A DNA stretch of 63,386 bases, the filler included, from Collodictyon triciliatum (Eukaryota): NCBI GenBank assembly GCA_043381765.1. It is 29 parts of 29 records of this genome, joined end to end, with 100 filler letters (N's around TTAATTAATTAA, not from the genome) between each part and the next. Parts side by side here need not be neighbours in the genome. Positions count along the whole stretch, not along the records: positions 41,629 to 43,716 come from JBHJMP010009543.1; positions 43,817 to 45,903 come from JBHJMP010009545.1; positions 46,004 to 48,091 come from JBHJMP010009546.1; positions 48,192 to 50,277 come from JBHJMP010009547.1; positions 50,378 to 52,463 come from JBHJMP010009548.1; positions 52,564 to 54,648 come from JBHJMP010009549.1; 23 more parts are not named here. One strand, given 5' to 3'. This document shows, one piece after another, positions 41,629-54,748 of the stretch. A program made the position numbers and the translations under genes. The notes beneath the pieces were generated by a model. The model was not told the origin of the DNA. It made no database searches and worked only from the letters and a program-made list of their open reading frames with translations. How positions within the stretch are numbered: the stretch's first letter is position 1; the number at the start of each line of letters is the position of its first letter.

Positions 41629-43716
41629 ATGTTTATCAGGACTCTATCAAAAAGAAGAAATCATAAAAGATTCAAATTCATGCTACACTTGTCCAAAAGG
41701 CACATTCAACCCAAACTCCGGCTCATATGGATACAAATCATGCATCGAATGTCCACAAGGTACCTGGAATGATAGAGATGGTCAAGCATCATGCACATCA
41801 TGTCCAGCGAGTACATTCAACGATAAAACTGGCTCGTTTAATCAATCATCATGCATTTCATGTCCAAACGGAAGCTACAGCACAGAGAGAAGCTCATCAT
41901 GCACACTATGTTTATCAGGACTCTATCAAAAAGAAGGAATCACAAAAGACTCAAATTCATGCTATACTTGTCTAAAAGGCACATTCAACCCAAACTCCGG
42001 CTCATATGGATACAAATCATGCATCGAATGTCCACAAGGTACCTGGAATGATAGAGATGGTCAAGCATCATGCACGTCATGTCCAGCTGGTACATACAAC
42101 CAAAAAACTGGCTCATTCAATCAATCATCATGCATTTCATGTCCAAACGGAAGCTACAGCACAGAGAGAAGCTCATCATGCACACTATGTTTATCAGGAC
42201 TCTATCAAAAAGAAGGTGTCATTAAAGACTCAAAATCATGCTATTCTTGTCCAAAAGGCACATTCAACTCAATATCCGGCTCATATGGAAATAAATCATG
42301 TATTGAATGTCCACAAGGGACTTGGAATGATAGAGATGGTCAAGCATCATGCACATCATGTCCAGCGAGTACATTCAACGATAAAACTGGCTCGTTTAAC
42401 CTATCATCATGCATATCATGTCCAAACGGAAGCTACAGCTCAGAAAGAAGTATATCATGCAGTTTATGCTTATCAGGATACTATCAAAAAGAAGGAATCA
42501 TAAAAGACTCAGAATCATGCCATGCTTGTCCAAAAGGCACATTCAACTCAATATCCGGCTCATATGGAGACAAGTCATGTATCGAATGTCCACAAGGCAC
42601 TTGGAATGATAGAAATGGTCAAGCATCATGCACATCATGCCCAGCTGGTACATTCAACGACAAAACTGGCTCATCCAATCAATCATCATGTATTTCATGT
42701 CTAAATGGAAGCTACAGCCCAGAAAGAAGCACATCATGCACATTATGCTCATCAGGGTTCTATCAAAAAGAAGGAATCACAAAAGACTCACAATCATGCT
42801 ATGCTTGTCCAAAAGGCACATTTAACTCAAACTCCGGCTCATATGGAAACAAATCATGTATTGAATGTCCACAAGGCACCTGGAATTATAAAGATGGTCA
42901 AGCATCATGTATATCATGTCCAGCTGGTACATTCAACAACAAAACTGGTTCAAATGATAAAACATATTGTATTTCATGTCCGAATGGAAGCTGCAGCTCA
43001 GTTGGGAGTTCATCATGTATTTTATGTTCACCGGGATTATATCAAAAAGAAGGAGTTATAAAAGACTCACAATCATGCTATGCTTGTCCAAAAGGCACAT
43101 TCAACTCAAACTCCGGCTCATATGGAAACTCATTATGCATTGAATGTCTACAAGGCACTTGGAATGATATAGAAGGTCAAGCATCATGCACATCATGTCC
43201 AGCTGGTACATTCAACAACAAAACTGGCTCGTATAATCAATCATCATGTATTCCGTGTCCAAATGGAAGCTACAGCTCCGAGAGAAGCGCATCATGTAGC
43301 TTATGCTTATCAGGATTCTACCAAAAAGAGGGAATCACAAAAGACTCACAATCATGCTATGCTTGTTCAAAAGGCACATTCAACTCAAACTCCGGCTCAT
43401 ATGGAGACAAGTCATGTATTGAATGTCCACAAGGCACCTGGAATGATAGAAATGGTCAAGCATCATGCACATCATGTCCAGCTGGTACATTCAGTAACAA
43501 AACTGGCTCATTTGATGGATTATCATGCATTACATGTCCAGATGGAAGCTACAGCTCCGAGAGAAGCACATCATGCAGCTTATGCTTATCAGGATTCTAT
43601 CAAAAAGAAGGAATCATCAAAGACTCACAATCATGCTATGCTTGTCCAAAAGGCACGTACAACTCAAACTCCGGCTCATATGGAAATAAATCATGTATTG
43701 AATGTCCACAAGGTAC
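41629..43716 (+). repeat. 279-bp tandem repeat array (coding)
   Basis: Matching landmarks 279 nt apart (41727/42006; 41629/41908). Confidence 0.95.
41630..43716 (+). CDS. Cys-rich CxxC-repeat surface protein (ephrin-receptor-like/GCC2-GCC3 type), internal; about 7.5 tandem 93-aa units
   Basis: Frame starting at 41630 is stop-free across the contig: SCYTCPKGTFNPNSGSYGYKSCIECPQGTWNDRDGQASCTSCPASTFNDKTGSFNQSSCISCPNGSYS. The ORF track missed it because it has no in-frame start codon. Confidence 0.9.
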
Positions 43717-43816
43717 NNNNNNNNNNNNNNNNNNNNNNNNNNNNNNNNNNNNNNNNNNNNTTAATTAATTAANNNNNNNNNNNNNNNNNNNNNNNNNNNN
43801 NNNNNNNNNNNNNNNN

Positions 43817-44350
43817 CTCAAAACCTGCGCGAAACAGCCAGCGAGATTCTTCAGCTGACCCTCAAGACGGCTGCAGCTGTTGGCCCAATCCAGGCGATAT
43901 TTGGGCCTCTGCAACAACTTCGTTCAGATGCAAAAACACTCTGGACAGTGACGCGAGGTCATTTGCTATGGACTATGTGGATAACGCGCATATACTCACG
44001 CAAAGCAAGACTCAACAACCAACCACCCATTCCTGATAACAGGATGAATGACATCATACAATTCTCTTTTCTCAATGGCTTTCTTCGCCACCTGCACGTT
44101 CTCTACTACTCCGACCCCTGTGAGGAGACATGTGGAAAGAGACTGAGAAAGAAATTAAACTTCGCCTTGTATCTCTCATGCAAGCACAAGACTCAGGCTA
44201 CAGGCCAAACCGCAGTATGCAATTGCTGATTACCGACTACTTCTCCGCCACCCGGCCGACAAGTAGAGTCCACGCAAACGATGACTAGCGAACCAAAGCC
44301 AACATCTCCACCATCCTGCATAAAATTGAAATTAAGAATAAAAAAAAAGC
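43817..44350 (+). mobile_element. Non-LTR retrotransposon ORF2 3' end, copy C, ending in an A-rich tail
   Basis: Aligns by eye with 3077-3590 with small indels, followed by aagaataaaaaaaaag. Confidence 0.8.
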
Positions 44351-46247
44351 TGAACGCCGTCATTAAAAATAAAACATAACCCTCCACCTTTAACATCCTC
44401 CTCTTTTCTTTGAATCGATTAAAGGGGAAAAAACATCCCCTTCTATTTGTGTATAGGCAACAAAACGTAACATCTCATTTTTTAAAAATGATATAATGAA
44501 AGTAACGGATTTTTTCGCTACATTAACCATCTTTTGTTTCCGGCTATTCACTATCAAGGCAATTACAAACCCGCTTGTTCAGATAACCATGTAGCAAGCT
44601 CCTTTTTTTTTTCTTTACTTTTTCACTTTTTCCCCGTCCACCACTCTCCCAATCATTTTTTATTTGCGTTCCCCACTTTATCATAATTTTCCAATCAAAA
44701 AATAATCTAAATCAACTGCGTTTTTTTTTTGCGATATGTGGAAAATTACCATGCCTATTTGAAAAAAAAAGGTGTTTATGTAGCAATCATTTTCACCTCA
44801 ATTCTATCGCCACGATACCACACCATTATCCAAGAACCAAAGCCAAAGACCAGCACAAGACAAAAAAGCTTATTTTATTTTAAAACAACACAAGCTGTAA
44901 CCTAGGCAAGTCTTTTACCTTTGTCGGAAAGCCAAAAGAGTTGATCGAGAGTGGGGTAGTCTATCAAACGCCGGCAAATAATAGCACAAATGAAAGACAC
45001 TAACAAGGGCAGACAATGAGCCCTTCAGCAAAACTTTCTATGATTGGCTTTATCCATGCATTTCATTATCCTGGGCTATACTTTTGCTTAACAACTAAGA
45101 TTGACACGATTTTGAAAACTCATTTATATATCCACATTATTATTAATCAAGCTATTCTGGTGCCGTGTGCCTATTTGTTCGGCCCATTGTTATTTGAACT
45201 ATTCGTTAGTCAAAGAGAGTGGGTATTATCCGAATCGAAGAACTTCATTGTTGCAGCGCATTATCGGTCAGGCGTCAATATAATCTAAGCTTTCTCTATC
45301 TCTATTTCTTTTTGTTTATATCTTCCATCATCGAAGCTTTAGCTGATTTGTTATTATATTACCATTAATAGTGTAAAGTGGAACATAATACCATCTCGCA
45401 CAGCTTATGACAGTTCCCATGGGTTGTGAAGATTGGGTCTTTGGTTGTTCTGCTGTAACATCACGCCCACTTCGATAGATATTCCATAGACGCAAACCTT
45501 GATTAAGTCCCTTAGATGTTACACCTTTGTTTTCAGGTTAATTGTTTTGATATTTTGCTTTTCGGCTCTGAACTCGGCGTTTTTCACAGAATTCGCATAT
45601 TATTGGCAAAATATATTTATACCTTCTAGTATTCCGCTCTCTGATGATTCATCGGATAGGATAACACCATGGAAATCGGCCCGAGTGTATAGGTTAAAAG
45701 CGAAAGCTTGAGACCAACACTCTCTGATGCACAAGAATCGAGTACATCACTCGACCAAGGCCCCTCGGCCACACCGATCCGCCAATCAAAGATAGCCCAG
45801 GAGCAGAACCTGTACGGAGCCGGCTGCTACGTCCGCCTTCGAGGTAAGCACAAACTGCCCCAGAACCACGAAGCCCGCAACCAAGCGAAGAAAGAACTCG
45901 CCCNNNNNNNNNNNNNNNNNNNNNNNNNNNNNNNNNNNNNNNNNNNNTTAATTAATTAANNNNNNNNNNNNNNNNNNNNNNNNNNNNNNNNNNNNNNNNN
46001 NNNTTGTTTGTTTGTTTGTTTGTTTGTTTGTTTGTTTGTTTGTTTGTTTGTTTGTTTGTTTGTTTGTTTGTTTGTTTGTTTGTTTGTTTGTTTGTTTTGT
46101 TTTGTTTGTTTTGTTTGTTTTGTTTGTTTTGTTTTATTTGTTCGTTTGTTTTGTTCGTTTGTTTTGTTCGTTTTTTTTTTAAAAAAAAAAAGGGAGTAGT
46201 TCATCATCACAAATTTCTCGATTAACTTCAATATCAAATGTACAAAT

Positions 46248-47425
46248 CATGCAAAACAGTCATCTGAACCACAAATGACAACATCCTTATCCATTTTTGC
46301 AATACAAATTGCATTTGATGGACCTTTTAACGAGCAATGTAAATGACTTGCATTCCATCATGAGATGGCAAAAATAAAACAAAATAAAGGTCATTAATCA
46401 ATCAAAATAAAAGATAATCATACCATCCAGTTTTGATATGAAACAACCGTTCCATACATTAGAAATTCTTGAGATAATACTCATTATCAGATTCGGAGGT
46501 GCAAAAAGAATCAGAAAGTATTTGATGAAAATAGAAATGAATTGAATACAATATAGTGGAATCGAAGCTAGCTGTTGCGAGGGCCCAATCAGCAGAAACA
46601 GATATTGAAGAAACTTGCATAGAGTGACAAAATGGTTGATCGATCGAATATAACGCATGAGAATTTGAGAGATCCCACGTTGCAACTGACCCATCATGAA
46701 ATCTATCGATTGGGCCGACATGATTATGGAATGAAAAGGAGGCATCAGGGATATGGAAAAATATATTAGAACTGAGTTTATATGGGAATGTGATACAAGT
46801 GAATTAATGAACCCTAGGACAAGAAGGCCCATGAATACTTTCATACAAGAAACATCTATGGTATATGAATTCAATAAATCTTAATTGGAGATATATTCAT
46901 TCATCAATAGCCCGAGTAACATTGAAAGTTTATCAAGTGACATAAAATGTAAAAATAAAGAAACTTAAACCTGTCATGATATTCCCCTGAATTTGATATT
47001 CGTTAAAACCGCCACGAAGAAACTCACGTTGCGTCCTTACTACTCTTGCATATCTACGTATAAAATAAAAGGATATGAGGAACAAATATTTACCATACGG
47101 GTGTATCCAGAAACGAAATATATCAACAATACCAATACGTATTAGAGTTGTTATGGGAACTAATTCTAATAAATGAATACATTTCTTTCATTTTCTTTGA
47201 TTTTGTTATGGGCTCTCCAATGAATTCTTGAACGCATGGTTCTCCAATATTAGCAAACTGATTTCGTACAAAGGAAGCCCATAAAGTATCTGAGTTTGCA
47301 ATCCTATTCCATAATCGGCAGACTGCAGAAGCTCTGCATAAATCTCCAGGCGAGTCTAGGTAACCTAGAACAATACTTATAATCTCCCAGGGAAGGATTC
47401 GTGTTGGACCATTCTGCCAGGCATC
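46248..47425 (-). CDS. F-box/WD40-repeat protein (FBXW-like), partial, multi-exon
   Basis: F-box LPWEIISIVLGYLDSPGDLCRASAVCRLWNRIANSDTLW; WD40 FHDGSVATWDL...LATASFDSTI and VVICGSDD. Confidence 0.85.
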
Positions 47426-47995
47426 TTAAAGTATATTTTTTTTTTCATTTAGTGTGTGTAAAATTGTACGGCTATTTGACATTACTTTGGCTATGCTGCG
47501 AATTAACTTTCTCAAATTATGCGGTAAGGTAAGATATCCCAGAGGTTGAAAAGAGGGTGATTTGCAAGGAGGATTGTGGACCTTCTCTCTTTGCACACGA
47601 GACAAACACTTTATGAGGTCGATTAGATGACCATTGTTCGGACTGGAAAACAGATGTCTGCGTACTGCTCCATCTTGATTGAGAGAAGGAGAAACGCAAA
47701 GCTGCATCGATAAAGTAGCCTCTCGATCGTGAAGATTGGATGCCAGCATTTAAAGTCGATCTGGATACACAGAAAATGACCAACTATTCAACTCATACAT
47801 GTAGCTCAATACACTTTATTCATAATTGCATGTCAGAGGTAATCAACTAATGTTAAGAAGCATTCAAGGATTATCCTAAAAATGGAAAACTTCGCTGATT
47901 GTGGGTATATGATTTTTTTTTTGATTTTCATAAAGCAAATATAATATATATCGGGGATGTTTCATGACAAGGACTAGGGTTATAAAAAGCTGGTA

Positions 47996-48091
<96 letters not shown>

Positions 48092-48249
48092 NNNNNNNNN
48101 NNNNNNNNNNNNNNNNNNNNNNNNNNNNNNNNNNNTTAATTAATTAANNNNNNNNNNNNNNNNNNNNNNNNNNNNNNNNNNNNNNNNNNNNAGAAAAGAA
48201 AGAAAAGAAAGAAAAGAAAGAAAAGAAAGAAAAGAAAGAAAAGAAAGAA

Positions 48250-48348
<99 letters not shown>

Positions 48349-48608
48349 GAGGGAACATAAAAGCGCAAGAGTGCGGTTAAATTCACAAGCTTCGTTTGTG
48401 AGAGAATTCATCGATTTCCATATGACAAAAGATAGTTGTCTATGCACACAACAACCTCAATGTGTTGATGCGCTTTATCTCGATAGTTATTTGTCTTCGA
48501 GAAGAGAGGACTTGACAGATTTCAAGACAAGAGAAACATTTTGAAAGATAAATAAAAGAGAAAAGAAAAGAAAAGGAGTCACGAGATAGGGATTAGCAAG
48601 AACCGTAC

Positions 48609-50129
48609 CGAATAAAACCAGGAATATCAGTCTGCCAAAGGAGAAACGGAAGGGTGTGATAATACCAAACGTAAAACTGGTAATGCAGGGAGCGTGCAAA
48701 AATGATTCCGATAAAGTTTGATGTGAAAAGCGAGTACACTATGACTTTTTTTTTTGGTGGCAGATTAAGATTTTAATGTTAGAACGAAAGGATCTATGCA
48801 AATGAGAACGTGGTAATGGAGTGAAACAAAATAATTATATGTATATTCTTAATACTTTGATTTTTAACTTTTGATAAAAGTAGGAATGGAGACACATCAT
48901 CTATCAAGGGTGGTGATTATATATACGTGTTAAAAATCATTACAATTCGGTGTCACTTGGCGAGACTTTGCAAGCTCAAATTCGACGTTTGCTCCGCTAA
49001 AATAACAAGTAACAAGTAACAAATATCAAATATAAAATATCAAATAACAAAAAGAAAAAAAGAAAAATGATCATATATTTCTTCTCGTATATTGGATGCA
49101 AAGCGTGTCATAAGTCATGTAATAATTTGTGGAGACATGCCATGATTTTAACAACTCCTGTGAAAGGCTTCAAATAAGCCAAATATACAAAATGTGAACA
49201 AGGAAGGAAAATAAAATGCTGAATTTAATGCTGTTACCACCACCACTTCTTGGATGCAAATGATACAAGAACAAAGACGTGAATGGCAATCAGCGATGCT
49301 GCAAATAATTTCCCTGTGAAGATATGCTCTGGCACAAACTTCCAGTTCACAGTCCACTTTGCAAAATGAAAAATAGCGCGTCACTCGTTTTTCTTCCGTG
49401 TTTTGTACAACGTGATTATTATTTTTTTCGAGCCTGCTTTGAATTGTTGGGAATTAAACAAGAAGAAATAATAAGAACCTGATACATAAAAACCCGACTC
49501 AAATCAAAGGAGCGAAGTATATAAGATGTTGGATTGACCATCAGAAATGGGAGTCCAAGAACAAGCTAAATGGTTGTAAATGTTTTAATTTTTTTTTTAG
49601 GTAATTATATGTCCTTCAATAATTAATATCTGTAGGTTATATTAATGCATCATATAACCAGCTTATTATTATTGTTATTCACTATTATACTTGAACCCCG
49701 GCGCAGACAGATAGATGATAGAAGGTTCTAACCACCCCTTGAGAGAATAGGAGCAGGAATAATAGTGCAGGAGCATAAAGAAGAATATTCATTTTGACCG
49801 AGACTGCCAGACTATGATTTTGATTGGAAAAAAAATCAGCTTATATTTTCCCTCATATTGACAAAAACAAAAAACAAAAACAAAATGAAAATAATCATAC
49901 TAATTAATTCTAATGATTATCATGTGCCTTTTCTTCTTTGTTAACAATATATATATCTGAGATTCAGTGGGTACCTATACCAGAGACAGCCCATTGTCCA
50001 TCGATTTTTGATAAACAACCAAACAGAGAGGTAAAAGAAAAGAACAGCGACGCAGTCGTTGAATAGCCGCAAAACAAATATTGAGTGGATTCGGCGCGAG
50101 GCACAGAGGAGCATCAAAGACCACGGTGG
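48609..50129 (-). CDS. ALG3: Dol-P-Man:Man5GlcNAc2-PP-Dol alpha-1,3-mannosyltransferase ALG3, internal exons
   Basis: [35 protein letters not shown]...[53 protein letters not shown]. Confidence 0.95.
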
Positions 50130-50627
50130 CTTTTTATCAATCCAAACATATGAGCCGTTGTTTTATTTTTAAAGAAAAATACAATACAATACAATACAAT
50201 ACAATACAATACAATACAATACAATACAATACAATACAATACAATACAATACAATACAATACAATACAATACAATACNNNNNNNNNNNNNNNNNNNNNNN
50301 NNNNNNNNNNNNNNNNNNNNNTTAATTAATTAANNNNNNNNNNNNNNNNNNNNNNNNNNNNNNNNNNNNNNNNNNNNTAAAAAACATAAAAAACATAAAA
50401 AACATAAAAAACATAAAAAAACATAAAAAAACATAAAAAACATAAAAAACATAAAAAAACATAAAAAACATAAAAAAACATAAAAAAACATAAAAAAAAC
50501 ATAAAAAAACATAAAAAACATTAAAAAACATTAAAAAAACATTAAAAAAACATAAAATAAAGAAAAAGAGAAAGAAAAGAACAAGTCTAACTCGAAAGCA
50601 TCCCAGCCCAGGACGACCTCCCAAGGA

Positions 50628-52358
50628 ATGAACGACAAGAACCAGGCCCCAAAGACATACGACCCACCATCTATGGCCTTCCCTCGAATCTCCCTGCTTT
50701 CTGGTCTTCAGCCACTCCCACAACTACCTTTCGGCACGAATACCCCCATCCCAGTGTCTCTGAACCTGGACCCCCTCCTGCTGCAGACAACATTTGCACA
50801 GCCCTTCCCTTCTACAACACAGCCACAGCCACAGCCACAGCCACAGCCACAGCCACAGCCACAGCCACAGCCATCTCGCCCACGCCGCAGCACACCGACA
50901 CACTCGCCACTGCTGACTCTCAAGTCTGCAGCCCCAAAGCGAGCGGCAGAATCGACCAGCGACGGCGCAGGGCATGCACAGGCTGCATCTGAGCCGCCGT
51001 CACAGAATCCTGCAATCCAGCGGGCTCTGTGCTCCGCATGTGGACGCCACGGCCATCGCTCGAATCAGAACATCTGCCCACTAAAGTCGTCAGGCAGCGT
51101 CCACTTTGTCGTGCATCATGGAGAGCAGGCTGACCCGCAGCCAGACCTCGTACCACTTCCACAATCGCAATCACAATCACAATCACAAATGCAGCCACAA
51201 ATCAAGGAAGCCCCTGGTAAGCACATCGTAGACGTGATCCAGAACATCCTCGATGCAGACGAGAAGGACATGGACGGCTATGATAGCCACGAGGAGGTCG
51301 ATACAGACCGCAACCACAACCACCAACACCACATACTTGATCACAGCCAGAATCACGAGACAGAGGCTGACCAGCCCAGCGTGCAGCGCCGCAAGGCTGC
51401 ATCGGCATCCAGTACGCCTTATCAAACCACCATCAACAAGGCGCTCAGTTGCTTCGTCCCAAAGAAGCGACGCACACAAATCCACGAGACACAGACCTTG
51501 CTGGAGACCATTGCCGAAAGCCTGAAGCGGCCGCATGTCGTGCGCTCCTCCTCCCTGATCCAGTCCATCCACAAAGACCTTGCGGCTGTGGTCCAGAAGA
51601 TCCAATTCGCCGAGGAGACCACGGCCTTGACTGCGAGCCCCATGGTCGATGGGTCACCCCTCTCTGTCTACATGCCCAGTCCCCAGCTGGTCCACCGGCC
51701 GCCCCACGACCTTGTCTCTCCACAGATATCCGCCCAATTGCACGGATCCAAGCCGGTGCCTCCATCGCAATCTCAACAACCACAATCACAATCACAGTCA
51801 CAGTCACAGTCACAATCGCCATTCATGACCACTGCCACACAAAGTGCAATGATTTCATCCCAGCAGCCGCCGCGACAGTCGCCTATGCTTCCTACCTTCC
51901 CATTTCTCGGCCTCGGCCTTTCCCATCCACCCCCATCTCAACTCTCGTCGGTCAACCAGGCATCTGTCGACTTGTCACCTTTGCACACCGGCCCCTTGGC
52001 CATTCCATCTCATCTTATCAATCATCAACATCAACATCAGCCCCAGCAACAGCTGACATCCCAAATTCTTCAGCAGACAGCAGCCTACTTGCAGATGCAA
52101 CTACTCTTTCAGAAACAACACCAACAACAGCAACCCGCTATGCAAAGTCCGAACCCATCTCCAAACATGGGCTCTATCGTAGGTCCCCAGCTCTCGTCAC
52201 ATCCACCCCTCCCGCAAGTTTCTCTCTTGTCCGCGTCCTTCCAAAATCCAACACCCCATGAGCAGTACCTATCCCAGCTGGCGAACTTGCAAATGCAAAT
52301 CAATCTTGGCACGAATCCCGTCTCCATGTTCCACCCAACAAACCCAACAAACCAGTAA
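50628..52358 (+). CDS. Intronless Q/P/S-rich low-complexity protein with one CCHC zinc knuckle
   Basis: 576-aa ORF; CSACGRHGHRSNQNICP; (QP)n and (QS)n tracts. Confidence 0.6.
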   Translation: MNDKNQAPKTYDPPSMAFPRISLLSGLQPLPQLPFGTNTPIPVSLNLDPLLLQTTFAQPFPSTTQPQPQPQPQPQPQPQPQPSRPRRSTPTHSPLLTLKSAAPKRAAESTSDGAGHAQAASEPPSQNPAIQRALCSACGRHGHRSNQNICPLKSSGSVHFVVHHGEQADPQPDLVPLPQSQSQSQSQMQPQIKEAPGKHIVDVIQNILDADEKDMDGYDSHEEVDTDRNHNHQHHILDHSQNHETEADQPSVQRRKAASASSTPYQTTINKALSCFVPKKRRTQIHETQTLLETIAESLKRPHVVRSSSLIQSIHKDLAAVVQKIQFAEETTALTASPMVDGSPLSVYMPSPQLVHRPPHDLVSPQISAQLHGSKPVPPSQSQQPQSQSQSQSQSQSPFMTTATQSAMISSQQPPRQSPMLPTFPFLGLGLSHPPPSQLSSVNQASVDLSPLHTGPLAIPSHLINHQHQHQPQQQLTSQILQQTAAYLQMQLLFQKQHQQQQPAMQSPNPSPNMGSIVGPQLSSHPPLPQVSLLSASFQNPTPHEQYLSQLANLQMQINLGTNPVSMFHPTNPTNQ

Positions 52359-52563
52359 CTCAGACATTATCTACCACAAATATATAGAAGAGAAACATAG
52401 CCATACATACAAAAAAATAAAAAATAAAATAATAGCAAAGCAAAACGAGATGGAACCCCCCCCNNNNNNNNNNNNNNNNNNNNNNNNNNNNNNNNNNNNN
52501 NNNNNNNTTAATTAATTAANNNNNNNNNNNNNNNNNNNNNNNNNNNNNNNNNNNNNNNNNNNN

Positions 52564-52870
52564 GGGTTGGATGTGCTGTGGGAGATATCGCACGACACAT
52601 TCCCACATCTCTCTTCGCTTGCGGTCAGAGTAGCGAAGAATGCGAGCGTGTTTCAGCAGGCTGTTCAGGAAGTTGTATTGCACGAGGCTTTCAAGCCTGG
52701 ATACGTTGATTTCTCGTTCGGGTGAATCATTAGAGCGATAGAATGCACACACACTCCATAAGGACCACAGCATATGTCCCCTTGTGACTGCCCAGAGTAT
52801 TCTAGAGTCGTGCGACATTTAGTATTGTGGGCCAGACAGGATGTCTGACGCGCTGAGTCGATTGGGAGCA
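52564..52870 (-). mobile_element. Diverged second non-LTR subfamily, ORF2 C-terminal fragment
   Basis: LWAVTRGHMLWSLW...FLNSLLKHARILRYSD.KR.EMW resembles copies A/C at protein level but is diverged in DNA. Confidence 0.7.
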
Positions 52871-52876
52871 TAATTC

Positions 52877-53175
52877 ATGATAACAGGCTGGATGACATCG
52901 TACAAATCTCTTTCTCAATAGCTTTCTTCGCCACCTGCACATTCGCTATTACTCAGACCCTGTGAGAAGGGACATGTGGAAAGAAGCTGAGAAAGATATT
53001 CAACCTCGCCTTGCCTCTCTCATGCAAGCGTAAGACCCAGGCTACAGGCCAAACCGCAGGATGCAATTCCTGATTACCGACTACTTCTCCGCCACCCGGC
53101 CAACAAGTAGCATCCATGCAAACGATGGCTAGCGAACCAAAGCCAACATCTACACCGTCCTGCACAAATTGAAAG
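52877..53175 (+). mobile_element. Non-LTR retrotransposon 3' end, copy D
   Basis: Matches about 3293-3590. Confidence 0.8.
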
Positions 53176-53189
53176 GAAGAAAGAATAAA

Positions 53190-53419
53190 TCCTTCTAAGT
53201 CTTATGATACCTGCCAAACAAGATATTTGTGGAGGCGGTGATGGCAGTTGATTGCCATGGAGGTGCAAGCTTTTCACACCAGTAAACAAAAAGATATCAT
53301 GAGGAACGGATGCTAACTTTTTGCCTCCTAATCTAAACTCTCGAAGCTTTTTGAAGAGGTGACGTCGTGTGTCTGGTTATTTTGCGGACCTCTTCTAAAG
53401 GCGCATACTGGTCGGCCAT
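53190..53419 (-). pseudogene. Frameshifted N-terminal fragment of a leucine-rich-repeat gene
   Basis: MADQYAPLEEV.../LREFRLGGKKLASVPHDIF/FTGVKSLHLHGNQLPSPPPQISCL fits the LxxLxLxxNxL consensus across two frameshifts. Confidence 0.55.
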
Positions 53420-54279
53420 CGAGACGAGAGTGGGGCGGGGGCGGTTTGGGTGAGTTCTAAGGACTGTGTGGACGAGTGGACTGGCTTGAGTGTTAGTGTG
53501 TTGTATAGCGTTGGTTTGTTTTGTGAATGTATTTACAAGTCTATAGGAGGATATTTGTTGCTCGAGTGAGATGTGCGCTTGCTCACACAGAGAACAGAAC
53601 GTGCATTGCGAATGAGAGACGCGTGATAAGGTACCGAGAAAGAAAGAGGACATGGCATCAGCGATTTCGACTGGAGGAAGATAGAATATCCACAAAGGCA
53701 GACGAATCTTTCGTCCGAATAAATATGCGGCCATCTCAATAGATAAGAGGATGGATTGGGCTGTGAGTCACTCGTGTGTGGTGTGTGGCTCGTGTGGTGG
53801 TTGGGAAGGCAGAACATTCATGAGTGCTCCGGCTGCGATATCTCCCGGTGGTGCGCGACATGTACCCCTGCTGGAAAAATTCGGAAAATTCAATGGCGCA
53901 GTATTAGACACGTAATGCACATCGAAATGTTTTCAATCTATATTTAACCTTGCTGTAAAGATGATATGGAATACCCAAAATTCATTTCTTTTAGCCTTTA
54001 ATGCTTTGGACATTGTTTTATGTCTTATTAACACACTTGTACTGATTCAATTGAATTCAGAATGAAATCCCCTGAGACCAGAACTGTAATGGTCAATCTC
54101 ATGCAAGGTCAAGCTTGTGTCGGGAGCAGAACCCTCAATCAATTATAAGTGACTGAAATACCACTATTAATGAGAGAGATACAGGAAGAATTCTTCAAAC
54201 ACAAAGACTTCCTTTGAATCGAATAAAGGAAAAGAAAAAAAAAAACACAGACTTTTTCATTTTCCTATACGACAAGCAA

Positions 54280-54648
54280 TTAAAAAACCTTACCTTCGCA
54301 AATTGCACGAATATGTGCAAACAACTGCGGGCTGTAATAGAAGCCCGAAAGTGCTACGAGAAAGACGTGACACTTATGGTGGACAACCCTGCCCTCGGAC
54401 TCAGGATCGCCTTCCCAAGAAAAGAAAACGCAGCTGTCTTCATTAAAGAGGGGCCTCTCCAGCTCCCCAATCACCAATACGCTCCCATGCCAGCAAAAAC
54501 TGTCACAAAGGTTGCGCGCCAGTCTAACATACTGCTGGGGGTCAGCTGGACTGACATTTTCGAAGCCTGCAGCGAATACTTCACCCCAATCAAAGTCAAC
54601 TGGACAAAGCCTGGAGGAATATGCATGAATGATGCACTCGTTACGTAT
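54280..54648 (+). mobile_element. Putative L1/Tx1-like ORF1 (RRM-like) fragment
   Basis: LRIAFPRKENAAVFIKEG...KVARQSNILLGVSWTDIFEACSEYF..V.W.KPGGICMNDALV resembles the LINE ORF1 RRM layout; intronless. Confidence 0.45.
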
Positions 54649-54748
54649 NNNNNNNNNNNNNNNNNNNNNNNNNNNNNNNNNNNNNNNNNNNNTTAATTAA
54701 TTAANNNNNNNNNNNNNNNNNNNNNNNNNNNNNNNNNNNNNNNNNNNN

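Noticed and set aside
41727-43716. His-rich ORFs in the ORF track
   Set aside because: They are off-frame shadows of the stop-free Cys-rich frame.
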